A stretch of 64,000 bases of DNA from Alphaproteobacteria bacterium. Lineage in GTDB: Bacteria > Pseudomonadota > Alphaproteobacteria > UBA828. Under the pieces are notes generated by a model that saw nothing but the letters and a program-made list of their open reading frames with translations, was not told the DNA's origin and searched no databases. How positions within the stretch are numbered: position 1 is the stretch's first letter; every line of letters begins with the position of its first letter. A program made the position numbers and the translations under genes. Of this stretch, positions 15,898 to 25,286 are shown piece by piece. The stretch is from positions 224,001 through 288,000 of the forward strand of contig CAXXMU010000001.1 of assembly GCA_963667785.2 (NCBI GenBank). The letters are read 5' to 3'.

Positions 15898-16863
15898 GTG
15901 ACCGCTGTTACCGTTGAGGCCCGGCCGCCGCGCGCGGCCGGGCCGTCCGGTCCGCTGCGCCCGGGGGCCGTGGCGCGTCAGCAGCGGCGCACGGCCTACC
16001 TGCTGCTCGCGCCCTGCGTGATCATCCTGCTGGCGCTCGCGATCTTTCCGCTGATCTTCTCAGGCACGCTCTCCTTCAAGGTCGATTCTCTCTACAACCC
16101 GGACATCGCCCGCTTCGTCGGGTGGCGCAACTACAACGACCTGTTCGACGACCGCCGCTTCTGGAACAGCATCGAGCTCACGGTGATGTGGTCCGCCATC
16201 GTCGTCTCGATCCAGATGGTGCTCGGCTTCTTCCTTGCGGTGCTGCTGGACCGCAAGATGCGGGGGGCCGGGCTGCTGCGCACCCTCATCATCATCCCGG
16301 TGTTCGTCTCGCCCATCGCCATGGGGCTCACCTGGCGCTTCATCTTCGAGCCGGTCTCGGGCCTCGCCAACTGGATCCTCAACACCGGCTTCGGCCTGGA
16401 GAAGTGGACCTGGCTCTCGCACAAGGACACCGCGCTGGCGACGCTGATGTTCGTCGACTGCTGGCAGTGGACGCCCTTCATCGCGCTGATCCTGCTCGCC
16501 GGCATGCAGAGCATCTCGCCGGAAATAACGGAGGCGGCGCGGCTCGACCGGGTGCGCGGCATCACCTACTACTGGCGCATCGTCATTCCGCTGATCCGCC
16601 CGGTCATCATGGTCGTGATCCTGATCCGGCTGGTGGATTCGATCCGCATCTTCGATCTCAACTTCATCATGACCAAGGGCGGGCCGGGATCGTCGACGCT
16701 GCTCGCCAGCGTCTATGACTACACCATCTTCGAGCAGGGCCATCTCGGCCTGATGGCGGCCTACGGGTTCCTGATCCTGATCCTGATCAACATCGTCGTG
16801 CTCGCCTTCCTCAACACGCTCTACCGAACGGAGAAGGCGGCGCGTGCCGCCGATGCGCCATGA
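15898..16863 (+). CDS. Carbohydrate ABC transporter permease
   Basis: FVGWRNY, WQWTPF, EAARLD (EAA loop), TKGGPG. Confidence 0.9.
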   Translation: MTAVTVEARPPRAAGPSGPLRPGAVARQQRRTAYLLLAPCVIILLALAIFPLIFSGTLSFKVDSLYNPDIARFVGWRNYNDLFDDRRFWNSIELTVMWSAIVVSIQMVLGFFLAVLLDRKMRGAGLLRTLIIIPVFVSPIAMGLTWRFIFEPVSGLANWILNTGFGLEKWTWLSHKDTALATLMFVDCWQWTPFIALILLAGMQSISPEITEAARLDRVRGITYYWRIVIPLIRPVIMVVILIRLVDSIRIFDLNFIMTKGGPGSSTLLASVYDYTIFEQGHLGLMAAYGFLILILINIVVLAFLNTLYRTEKAARAADAP

Positions 16864-17681
16864 TGTCGTCGATCTACATGCGCGCGATCAACGTGCTCGC
16901 GGTCGTCGTCGTCGTCGTCTGGCTGATCCCGGTGGCGTGGGTGGCGATCACCTCGATCAAGCCCACCAACGTCATCAATGCCGAGACCCCCACCTTCTAC
17001 TCGTTCGAGCCGACCGGCGAGCACTATGTCGAGATCTTCGACCGCTTCCGCTTCGACCGCGCCATCGCGAACAGTTTGATCACGGTCGGGGTGTCCACGC
17101 TGATCGTGATGATTCTGGCGCTCCCGGCGGCCTACGCGGTCGCGCGCATGGGGCTCATGGGGGGCGATACCTGGGCCCTTGTCATATTGTCATTGCGGTT
17201 CCTGCCGGGCGTGGTCGTCGTGCTGCCCTACTTCAAGATGGCCACCTGGTTCAGCCTGATCGACACGCAGATCGTGCTCATCGTCGTCTATGTCGCCTTC
17301 GGTCTGCCGTTCGCGGTCTGGATTCTGCGCGGATTCCTGCTGGATTTGCCGAAGGAGGTGGAGGAGGCGGCCCGGCTCGACGGGCTGAGCTGGCTGCAGA
17401 TCATCTTCCGGCTGATTCTGCCCATGGCGGCGCCCGGTATCGCGGTGACGGCCATCTTCACCTTTGTCTTCAGCTGGAACGAGTATCTCTACGCGCTGTT
17501 CCTCACCTACGACAGCGCGACGACCATGCCGGTCGCGCTGCAGAAGACCATCGACCTCTACAACGTGCTGTGGGGTTCGCTCAGCGCCGGCGCGGTGATA
17601 CAGCTGTTGCCGATGATCGCCGTCGTCTTCCTGCTCCAGCGACACATCGCGCGCGGGCTCGCGCTCGGCGCGGTGAAGTAG
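16860..17681 (+). CDS. Carbohydrate ABC transporter permease
   Basis: LPKEVEEAARLDG, SWNEYLYA, RGLALGAVK. Confidence 0.9.
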   Translation: MMSSIYMRAINVLAVVVVVVWLIPVAWVAITSIKPTNVINAETPTFYSFEPTGEHYVEIFDRFRFDRAIANSLITVGVSTLIVMILALPAAYAVARMGLMGGDTWALVILSLRFLPGVVVVLPYFKMATWFSLIDTQIVLIVVYVAFGLPFAVWILRGFLLDLPKEVEEAARLDGLSWLQIIFRLILPMAAPGIAVTAIFTFVFSWNEYLYALFLTYDSATTMPVALQKTIDLYNVLWGSLSAGAVIQLLPMIAVVFLLQRHIARGLALGAVK

Positions 17682-17688
17682 GGCCGCC

Positions 17689-18786
17689 ATGAACGTCACG
17701 CTCAGAGGACTGGTGAAGCGGTTCCGCGACGGCACCGAGGCCGTGAAGGGGATCGACCTCGACATCGCCAAGGGCGAGTTCCTGACCCTGCTGGGGCCGT
17801 CTGGCTGCGGCAAGACGACCACGCTCCGTCTCATCGCGGGCCTGGAGGAGCCGACCGAGGGCTCCATCGCCATCGGCGAGCGCGACGTCACCCACGTCAA
17901 TCCGGGCGACCGCGATGTGGCGATGGTGTTCCAGACCTACGCGCTCTATCCTCACATGACGGCGCTGCAGAACATGACGCTCGGCCTCACGGTCGCAGGC
18001 ATGTCCAAGGCGGAGGCGGCGGAGAAGGCGCGCGAGACGGCGCGGCTCCTCAACATCGAGCCGCTGCTCGACCGCAAGCCGGCCAAGCTCTCCGGCGGCG
18101 AGCGCCAGCGCGTCGCCCTCGGCCGCGCCATGGTGCGCAGCCCCGCCTGCTACCTGATGGACGAGCCGCTGTCGAACCTCGACCTCAAGCTGCGCGAGCA
18201 CATGCGGACCGAGCTGAAACGCCTCCACCAGGCCTACAAGGTCACCACCATCTACGTGACCCACGACCAGGCCGAGGCGCTGATCCTGTCCGACCGCGTG
18301 GCCGTGCTCAACAAGGGCGAGGTCCAGCAGGTGGCCGATCCGGTGGCGATCTACGAGCGCCCCGTCAACATGTTCGTCGCCGATTTCATCGGCAGCCCCG
18401 GCATCAACTTCCTGAGCGGCGCGCTCGGCGGGGGCGCGGTCAGCGTCGCCGGCAAGCCGCTCGACGGCGTGGACATCGCTGCAGGCGCAGGCGACGCGGG
18501 CGCGATCGTTCTCGGCATCCGGCCCGAGGACGTGCGCCTGCAGGAGGCCGGCGCCGGCCTCATCGACGGCACCATCGAGTTCACGGAATCCTATGGCGGC
18601 GTCATCATTGCCTTCATCGCGGTGGACGGCGCCGACGGCCTGCTGGTCAACCGCGAATACGTGGCGGCGAGCATCGACGTTCACGAGCGCGTCACCGTCG
18701 GCGCCCGGGTGGGCCTCGCTTTCCGCGCGAGCCGGATCACGCTCTTCGACGCCGAGTCCGGGCGGTCGCTGCACCCGGCGGGATGA
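17689..18786 (+). CDS. ABC transporter ATP-binding protein (MalK/UgpC family)
   Basis: GPSGCGKT, LSGGERQR, LMDEPLSNLD, YVTHDQ; C-terminal TOBE-like region. Confidence 0.93.
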   Translation: MNVTLRGLVKRFRDGTEAVKGIDLDIAKGEFLTLLGPSGCGKTTTLRLIAGLEEPTEGSIAIGERDVTHVNPGDRDVAMVFQTYALYPHMTALQNMTLGLTVAGMSKAEAAEKARETARLLNIEPLLDRKPAKLSGGERQRVALGRAMVRSPACYLMDEPLSNLDLKLREHMRTELKRLHQAYKVTTIYVTHDQAEALILSDRVAVLNKGEVQQVADPVAIYERPVNMFVADFIGSPGINFLSGALGGGAVSVAGKPLDGVDIAAGAGDAGAIVLGIRPEDVRLQEAGAGLIDGTIEFTESYGGVIIAFIAVDGADGLLVNREYVAASIDVHERVTVGARVGLAFRASRITLFDAESGRSLHPAG

Positions 18787-18788
18787 GC

Positions 18789-18866
18789 GGTCGCCCGATG
18801 GCGGGCGCGGATAGGTGAGCCCGATGGCGGGCGCGGAATCGTGAGTCCGACGGCGGGCGCTCGGGC
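18789..18866. repeat. Three tandem 26-bp units, each with an internal hairpin
   Basis: GCCCGATGGCGGGCGC at 18793 and 18819; variant GTCCGACGGCGGGCGC at 18845; period exactly 26. Confidence 0.8.
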
Positions 18867-18878
18867 AGCGCGGACGCG

Positions 18879-20816
18879 ATGACGCGGCGCGAACGGCGGC
18901 GAGCACGGAGCCGAGCCGGCGGTGCCGGCAGTGCCGGCCCGGCCGCGGCCGGTCCGGTGGACGACATGCTCCGGGCCGCGTTCGCCCATCACCGGGCAGG
19001 GCGGGCGGAGGCAGCGGCGGCGCTCTACGAGCGGGTGCTGCAACAGAACCCCGGCCATGCCGACGCCCTGCATCTCTACGGCGTGCTCCACGCCCAGGCG
19101 GGCCGGCTGGAGACGGCGCTGCCGCTCCTGACCAGGGCCGCGCGCCGGGCGCCGCGCAACGCCGGCTTCCTGAGCGATCTCGGCAACGTCCTGAGACGCC
19201 TCGGCCGCCTCGACGAGGCGCTGGCCCGCTACCGCCGCGCGGCCTCGCTCGACCCCGGCAACGCCGACATTCCCTACAATGCCGGCCACGCGCTGCGTGC
19301 CGCCGGCCGCCCGGCCGAGGCGACGGCCTGGTTCGAGAGGGCGCTCGCGATCCGGCCCGATCACGGGCCGGCGCTGTCGCAGCTCGGTCTCGCCCTGCTG
19401 GAGGAGGGACGGACCGAGGAGGCGGTGGCGGCGCTCAGGCAGGCGCTTGCGGTGGACGAGGGGGCCGCGAACGCCCATTCCGACCTCGGCAACGCGCTGC
19501 GCGAGAGCGGCGCGCTCGACGAGGCCGAAGCGAGCCTCAGGCGTGCCGTCGCCCTCGAGCCCGCCCATGCCGCGGCCCACGCTAATCTCGGCAACGTGCT
19601 GCAGGACCTCCACCGCCTGGAGGAGGCCGAGGCCGCCTATCGCCAAGCCATCGATCTCGACCCCGAACACGCGGCGGCGCACGCCAACCTCGGCAACGCG
19701 CTGAAGCGTCTCGGCCGCACCGAGGCGGCGGCGGCGAGCGTGGAGCGCGCGCTTGCGCTCAAGCCCGACAATGCCACCTATCGCGCCAATCTCGGCATGA
19801 TCCACGTGGCCCGGAGCGACAGGGGCACGGCGCTCGCCTGCCTCGGCCGCGCTGCCGCGTTGCGCCACGGGCCGCCGCTCGCGCCCGCCGCGCTCGCGCG
19901 CGGAAAGGAGGAGAGGCCGGCAGTCCCGGTGGCGCCCTTCAAGCTCCAGCACGACGCCGAGCAGATCCGCTGGCTCTGCCGTGAGGGCGGCCTGGATGCG
20001 TCCTTCGGCCGTATCGCGGAGAGCTACGAGACGCTGCTGGCCGCGCTGCCCCCGGATGCGCCGCCCGAGGAGCCGATCGCGCTCGAGGCCGCGGACTGGC
20101 GGCGAATCCGGGCGGTCTACAACCGCCCGCTCCATCTGCCCGGGGCGCCGGCAGCGGCGGCGGGCGCCCTCAACCCCGACCTCGACGCCGACGAGATCGA
20201 GAGGACCTGGCGCGAGAGCACCCCCAATCTGGTGGTGGTAGACGATTTCCTGTCGAGGGACGCGCTGGAACGGCTCTGGCGCTTCTGCCTCGATGCCACG
20301 GTCTGGTACCAGGTGAAGCGCGGCTATCTCGGCGCCTATCTCGTGGACGGCTTTGGCACGGCGCTCGCGCTGCAGATCGCGGACGAGTTCAGGACCCGGC
20401 TCCCCGGCATCTTCGGCTCCCATCGGCTGGAGCAGCTCTGGGCCTACAAGTACGATTCCCGGCTGCAGGGAATCGCCACTCATGCCGACTTCGCCGCCGT
20501 CAACGTCAACTTCTGGGTGACCCCCGACGAGGCCAATTGCGATGCGGCCTCCGGCGGGCTGGTGGTGCACACCGCCCACGCGCCCACCGACTGGGCCTTC
20601 CGCACGTATAACGCCGACAGCGCCCGCATGGCGCGCTTTCTCGAAGAGGCCGGCAGCGAGCCGGTGACGGTGCCCTATCGGCGGAACCGGGTCGTGATCT
20701 TCGATTCCGATCTCTTCCACCGCACCGACGATCTCGACTTCCGGCCGGGCTACGAGAACCGGCGCATCAACGTCACGATGCTCTTCGGCGACCGCAGCGA
20801 GCGCAGACCGCGCTAG
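18879..20816 (+). CDS. TPR-repeat protein with C-terminal 2OG-Fe(II) oxygenase-like domain
   Basis: About 8-9 TPR units (AHANLGNVL...EEAEAAYRQAIDLDP); C-terminal THADFAAVNVNFW...DSDLFHRT...RRINVT. Confidence 0.78.
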   Translation: MTRRERRRARSRAGGAGSAGPAAAGPVDDMLRAAFAHHRAGRAEAAAALYERVLQQNPGHADALHLYGVLHAQAGRLETALPLLTRAARRAPRNAGFLSDLGNVLRRLGRLDEALARYRRAASLDPGNADIPYNAGHALRAAGRPAEATAWFERALAIRPDHGPALSQLGLALLEEGRTEEAVAALRQALAVDEGAANAHSDLGNALRESGALDEAEASLRRAVALEPAHAAAHANLGNVLQDLHRLEEAEAAYRQAIDLDPEHAAAHANLGNALKRLGRTEAAAASVERALALKPDNATYRANLGMIHVARSDRGTALACLGRAAALRHGPPLAPAALARGKEERPAVPVAPFKLQHDAEQIRWLCREGGLDASFGRIAESYETLLAALPPDAPPEEPIALEAADWRRIRAVYNRPLHLPGAPAAAAGALNPDLDADEIERTWRESTPNLVVVDDFLSRDALERLWRFCLDATVWYQVKRGYLGAYLVDGFGTALALQIADEFRTRLPGIFGSHRLEQLWAYKYDSRLQGIATHADFAAVNVNFWVTPDEANCDAASGGLVVHTAHAPTDWAFRTYNADSARMARFLEEAGSEPVTVPYRRNRVVIFDSDLFHRTDDLDFRPGYENRRINVTMLFGDRSERRPR

Positions 20817-20859
20817 ACATGGCCGCAGGCAGGACCCACATAGGGCGCGGAGAGAGCGC

Positions 20860-22218
20860 ATGAGTGATGACCACCGGGCGATCGAGGCCTGGCTCAGAGA
20901 GCGGAACATCGTCGAGGTCGAGTGCATGGTGCCGGACCTCGCGGGCGTTCCGCGCGGCAAGATCCTGCCCACGGACAAGTTCATCGAGGGCCTCGGCGGC
21001 GGCCAGCACCGGCTGCCCAAGAACGTGCTCGTGCATACGCTCACCGGCGACTTCCCGCCGGCCGGCGCCGTCTCAGTCGACGCGAGCGACGGCGACCTCG
21101 TGATGGAGCCGGACCCGGCGACGCTCGCGCTCGTCCCCTGGTACGACGAGCCCACCGCGCAGGTGATCTGCGACTGCGTGCTGCGTGACGGCGGACACTC
21201 GCCCTTCTATTCGCGCCGTGTGCTCGCCGGCCTGCTCGAGCGCTTCGGCGAGCGCGGCTGGCACCCGGTCATCGCGCCGGAGATCGAGTTCTACCTGGTG
21301 GAGAAGAACACGGATCCCGACCAGCCGCTGAAGCCGCCGATCGGCGCCTCCGGCCGGCGCGAGGCGGGGCGCCAGGAGTTCGGCATCGACGCGGTCAACG
21401 AGTTCGATCCCTTCTTCGTGGACCTCTACGACTATTGCGAGAGCCAGGGGCTGGACATCGACACGCTCAACCACGAGAGCGGGGCGGGCCAGGTGGAGAT
21501 CAACTTCCGCCACGGCGACGCGCTCAGGCTCGCCGACCAGGTGTTCGTCTTCAAGCGCACGGTGCGCCAGACCGCGCAGCGCCACGGCTTCTACGCGACC
21601 TTCATGGCGAAGCCGATGCAGGGCGAGCCGGGCAGCGCCATGCACGTCCACCAGTCAGTCTACGAGGGGCCCGAGCGGCGCCCGCTCTTCTCCGATGGCG
21701 ACGGGGCCGAGTCGGCGGCGTTTCGCCACTATCTCGGCGGGTTGCAGCGTTTCCTGCCGGTGTTCACGCCGCTGATGGCGCCCAACGTCAACTCGTACCG
21801 CCGGCTCCGCTTCGGCGCGAGCAAGCCGTTCAACGTCGGCTGGGGCTACGACAACCGCATCGCCGGGCTGCGCGTTCCCGACGCGGCACCCCGGAACCGC
21901 CGGGTCGAGAACCGCCTGCCGGGCTCGGACACCAACCCCTATCTCACCATCGCGGCCACGCTCGGCGCGGGCCTCCTCGGCATGATGCAGGCGCTGGAGC
22001 CGTCGCGTCCGGTCACGGGCGATACCACCGAAGGCTTCGAGACGCTGCCTCTCGACCTCAGGACCGCGCTTGAGCAGTTCGAGTCCTCGGCCGAGGCCAA
22101 GGACATGTTCGGCGAGCGCTTCGTGAGCGGCTTCACCGAGGTGGTCCGCGCCGAGTACGACGCCTATCTGCGCGTCGTGAGCTCGTGGGAGCGCAAGTTC
22201 CTCCTGCTCGCCGTCTGA
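20860..22218 (+). CDS. Glutamine synthetase-like gamma-glutamylpolyamine synthetase (PuuA/PauA-like)
   Basis: APEIEFYL, HESGAGQVEINF, FMAKP, GSAMHVHQS, NSYRR, ENRLPG; adjacent to puuB-like gene and potFGHI. Confidence 0.85.
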   Translation: MSDDHRAIEAWLRERNIVEVECMVPDLAGVPRGKILPTDKFIEGLGGGQHRLPKNVLVHTLTGDFPPAGAVSVDASDGDLVMEPDPATLALVPWYDEPTAQVICDCVLRDGGHSPFYSRRVLAGLLERFGERGWHPVIAPEIEFYLVEKNTDPDQPLKPPIGASGRREAGRQEFGIDAVNEFDPFFVDLYDYCESQGLDIDTLNHESGAGQVEINFRHGDALRLADQVFVFKRTVRQTAQRHGFYATFMAKPMQGEPGSAMHVHQSVYEGPERRPLFSDGDGAESAAFRHYLGGLQRFLPVFTPLMAPNVNSYRRLRFGASKPFNVGWGYDNRIAGLRVPDAAPRNRRVENRLPGSDTNPYLTIAATLGAGLLGMMQALEPSRPVTGDTTEGFETLPLDLRTALEQFESSAEAKDMFGERFVSGFTEVVRAEYDAYLRVVSSWERKFLLLAV

Positions 22219-23528
22219 TGGGCACGCGCGAGCGCGCCCGGCGCTACGCCCAGCACGACGGCGCGGCCCCCACCTGGTACGAGGCGAGCGCGCGGGCGCG
22301 ACCTGCCTGGCCCGCACTCGACGGCGACCTGCGCGCGGACGTCTGCGTCATCGGCGGTGGCTATACCGGCCTCTCCTGCGCTCTCCATCTCGCCGAGCGC
22401 GGCTACGATACCCTGCTGCTGGAGGCGCGACGCATCGGCAACGGCGCCTCCGGCCGCAATGGCGGCCAGCTCGGCAGCGGGCACCGGCGCGACCAGTCCA
22501 CCCTGGAGCGGGAGCTCGGCGCTGAGCCGGCGCGTCTCCTCTGGTCGCTCGCCGAGGAGGCGAAGGCGCTGGTGCGCACGCGCATCGCCCGGCACGGGAT
22601 CGCCTGCGACCTGAAGCCCGGCATCGCCATCGCCGCGCACCGCCCGCGCTACGCCCGCGAGCTCGCCCGCGAGGCGGCGCGTCTGCGGGACGTATACGGC
22701 TATGACGAGATCGACGTGCTCGACCACGCGGGCATGCGCGCCGAAGTGGAGTCCGAGGATTTCTGCGGCGGCCTGCTCGACCGCGGTGCGGGCCATCTGC
22801 ACCCGCTCGACTATGCGCTGGGCCTCGCCCGCGCGGCCGCCGACGCCGGCGTCGACATCCGCGAGGGCACGCCCGTCACCGGGCTCGTGCCCGGCGCGCC
22901 CTGCCGGGTCCGGGCCGGGCCGCACACGGTGAGCGCGGATGCGGTCGTGCTCGCCTGCAACGGCTATCTCGACGCGCTCGACCCCGGCATCGGCGGCGGC
23001 GTCATGCCGATCAACAACTTCATCCTGGCGACCGAGCCGCTGGGCGAGGAGCGCGCAAGGGCGCTGATCCCGCGCGACGTCGCCGTGGTCGATACGCGCT
23101 TCGTGGTGAACTACTTCCGCCTCTCGGCCGACCGGCGCCTCCTCTTCGGCGGCGGCGAGAAGGCGAGCACGCGCCTCCCGGCCGATCCCGGCCCCCTCGT
23201 GCGGCGCTGCATGCTGCGCATCTTCCCGCAGCTCGCCGATGTGCGCGTCGACCATGCCTGGGGCGGCACTCTCGCCATCACCTGGACGCGGATGCCGAGC
23301 ATCGGCAGGCTGCCGGGCGGGCTCTACTACGCGCAAGGCTATTCGGGCCACGGCGTGGCGCTCGCGACGCTTGGCGGCGCGCTGGTGGCCGAGGCGATCT
23401 GCGGCACGCTCGAGCGCTTCGATGTCTTCGCCCGGCTGCCGCACCGGCCCTTCCCCGGAGGCGCGCTCCTGCGCTGGCCAACGCTCGCGCTCGCGCTCGC
23501 CTACGGAGCGCTGCGCGACCGGCTGTGA
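22218..23528 (+). CDS. FAD-dependent oxidoreductase, gamma-glutamylputrescine oxidase (PuuB)-like
   Basis: VIGGGYTG, GASGRNGGQ, HLHPL, QGYSGHGV; start overlaps the upstream stop (TGATG). Confidence 0.85.
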   Translation: MGTRERARRYAQHDGAAPTWYEASARARPAWPALDGDLRADVCVIGGGYTGLSCALHLAERGYDTLLLEARRIGNGASGRNGGQLGSGHRRDQSTLERELGAEPARLLWSLAEEAKALVRTRIARHGIACDLKPGIAIAAHRPRYARELAREAARLRDVYGYDEIDVLDHAGMRAEVESEDFCGGLLDRGAGHLHPLDYALGLARAAADAGVDIREGTPVTGLVPGAPCRVRAGPHTVSADAVVLACNGYLDALDPGIGGGVMPINNFILATEPLGEERARALIPRDVAVVDTRFVVNYFRLSADRRLLFGGGEKASTRLPADPGPLVRRCMLRIFPQLADVRVDHAWGGTLAITWTRMPSIGRLPGGLYYAQGYSGHGVALATLGGALVAEAICGTLERFDVFARLPHRPFPGGALLRWPTLALALAYGALRDRL

Positions 23529-23538
23529 GAGGCGCAGG

Positions 23539-24351
23539 TCAGACGGCCTGCTGCGCCTCCCGTTCGCGCACGACCATGGCGCGCTTGTTGATGAGGCTCG
23601 CGGCAATGACGCCCGTGGCGACGATCCCCACCAGCACCGTGGAGACCGCGTTGATCTCCGGCGTCACGCCGAGGCGCACCTGGGAATAGATCTTCATCGG
23701 CAGCGTCGTCGAGCCGGGGCCGCTGGTGAAGGACGCGATCACCAGATCGTCGAGGGAGAGGGTGAAGGCCAGCAGCCAGCCGGCGACCAGCGCGGGGCTG
23801 ATGACCGGCAGCGTGACGGCGAAGAAGGTCCGGACCGGCGGCGCGCCGAGGTCCATCGCCGCCTCCTCCAGCGAGCGGTCCATGGTGAGCAGCCGCGACT
23901 GCACCACCACGGCGACGTAGGCCATCGAGAAGGTGATGTGGGCGACCGTCACGGTCCAGTAGCCGCGCGCCCAGGAGAGCGCGACGAAGAGCAGAAGCAT
24001 TGCGAGCCCGGTGATCACCTCCGGCATGACCAGCGGCGCGTAGACCATGCCGGAGAAGAGCGTGCGGCCGGGGAAGCGCCCGAGCCGCGCCAGCGCGAGG
24101 CCCGCGAGCGTGCCGAGTACCAGCGCCACGGTCGACGAGACGAAGGCGACCTTCAGCGTCATCCAGGCGGCGTCGAGCAGCAGCTCGTTCTCCACCATCG
24201 CGGCGTACCACTTGGTGGAGAATCCGGCCCACACGGTCACCAACTTCGATTCGTTGAAGGAGTAGATGATGAGCAGAAGAATCGGGATGTAGAGGAAGGC
24301 GAAGCCCAAAGTGAGCGCCGCCAGGTTGACCCCGCTGAGCCCCCGCCGCAT
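23539..24351 (-). CDS. potI: Putrescine ABC transporter permease
   Basis: FLYIPILLLIIYSFN, PLVMPEVITG, LEEAAMDLG, SLDDLVI; start at ATG 24351. Confidence 0.88.
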   Translation of the reverse strand: MRRGLSGVNLAALTLGFAFLYIPILLLIIYSFNESKLVTVWAGFSTKWYAAMVENELLLDAAWMTLKVAFVSSTVALVLGTLAGLALARLGRFPGRTLFSGMVYAPLVMPEVITGLAMLLLFVALSWARGYWTVTVAHITFSMAYVAVVVQSRLLTMDRSLEEAAMDLGAPPVRTFFAVTLPVISPALVAGWLLAFTLSLDDLVIASFTSGPGSTTLPMKIYSQVRLGVTPEINAVSTVLVGIVATGVIAASLINKRAMVVREREAQQAV

Positions 24352-24356
24352 CGGGC

Positions 24357-25286
24357 CTAGGCCTCTCTCTCTCGTTGGGCCTGCTGGTGGCGCTGGAACA
24401 GCACGATGGGCACGATCAGCACCAGCAGCAGGATCACGGCCACCGCAGAGGCCACCGGCCAGTCGCGGTTGCTGAAGAACTCGGTCCAGAGCGTCCGCCC
24501 GATCATCAGCGTGCCGGAGCCGCCGAGCAGGTCGGGGATCACGAACTCGCCGACCGCCGGGATGAACACCAGGAAGCAGCCGGCGACGATGCCGGGCCTC
24601 GCCAGCGGCACGGTGATCTTCCAGAAGGCACCGGCGGGCCGGCAGCCGAGATCGGCCGCGGCCTCCAGCAGCGAGCGGTCCATCCGCACCAGGTTGGCGT
24701 AGAGCGGCAGCACCATGAACGGCAGGTACGAGTAGACGATGCCGATATAGACCGCGATGTCGGTGTTGAGGATGACCAGCGGCCGGTCGATCACGCCGAT
24801 CCAGCGCAGGACCCCGTTGAGCATGCCCTCGTTCTTGAGGATCCCGATCCAGGCGTAGACCCGGATCAGGAAGGAGGTCCAGAAGGGCAGGATGACCAGC
24901 ATCACCAGGCTCGCCTGCCAGGCGCGCGGCGCGCGGGCCATGGCATAGGCGAGCGGGAAGCCGACCAGCAGCGTGAGGAGGGTCGAGATGGCAGCGATCT
25001 TGAGGCTGTTCGCGTAGGCGCGGATGTAGAGGCTGTCCTCGATCAGGAGCCGGTAGTTGTCGCCGACGGCGAAGAGCTCTAGGGAGCCGCCCTCGGGCCA
25101 AGCGAAGAGCGGCGTGTAGGGCGGTATCGCGAGCCTGACCTCGGCCACGCTGATCTTCAGCACGATGGCGAACGGAACGAGGAAGAAGATCAGCAGCCAG
25201 AGATAGGGGCTCGCGATCACCGAGCCGCGCCCGATCAACCCCCATCCCGCGCGCGCCGGCTTGCGGCGGTCGCGTTCGCTGCTCAT
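24357..25286 (-). CDS. potH: Putrescine ABC transporter permease
   Basis: LPFWTSFLIRVYAW, YSYLPFMVLPLY, EFFSNRDWPVASA; start at ATG 25286. Confidence 0.88.
   Translation of the reverse strand: MSSERDRRKPARAGWGLIGRGSVIASPYLWLLIFFLVPFAIVLKISVAEVRLAIPPYTPLFAWPEGGSLELFAVGDNYRLLIEDSLYIRAYANSLKIAAISTLLTLLVGFPLAYAMARAPRAWQASLVMLVILPFWTSFLIRVYAWIGILKNEGMLNGVLRWIGVIDRPLVILNTDIAVYIGIVYSYLPFMVLPLYANLVRMDRSLLEAAADLGCRPAGAFWKITVPLARPGIVAGCFLVFIPAVGEFVIPDLLGGSGTLMIGRTLWTEFFSNRDWPVASAVAVILLLVLIVPIVLFQRHQQAQREREA

Noticed and set aside
18789-18866. Possible mini-CRISPR array
   Set aside because: The 26-bp period leaves no room for unique spacers, and there are no cas genes.
20860-22218. Annotation as glnA
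   Set aside because: Sequence features and the puuB/pot context fit a gamma-glutamylpolyamine synthetase better.
23539-25245. 568-aa fused permease ORF
   Set aside because: The upstream half is an off-frame reading of potH; potI starts at 24351.
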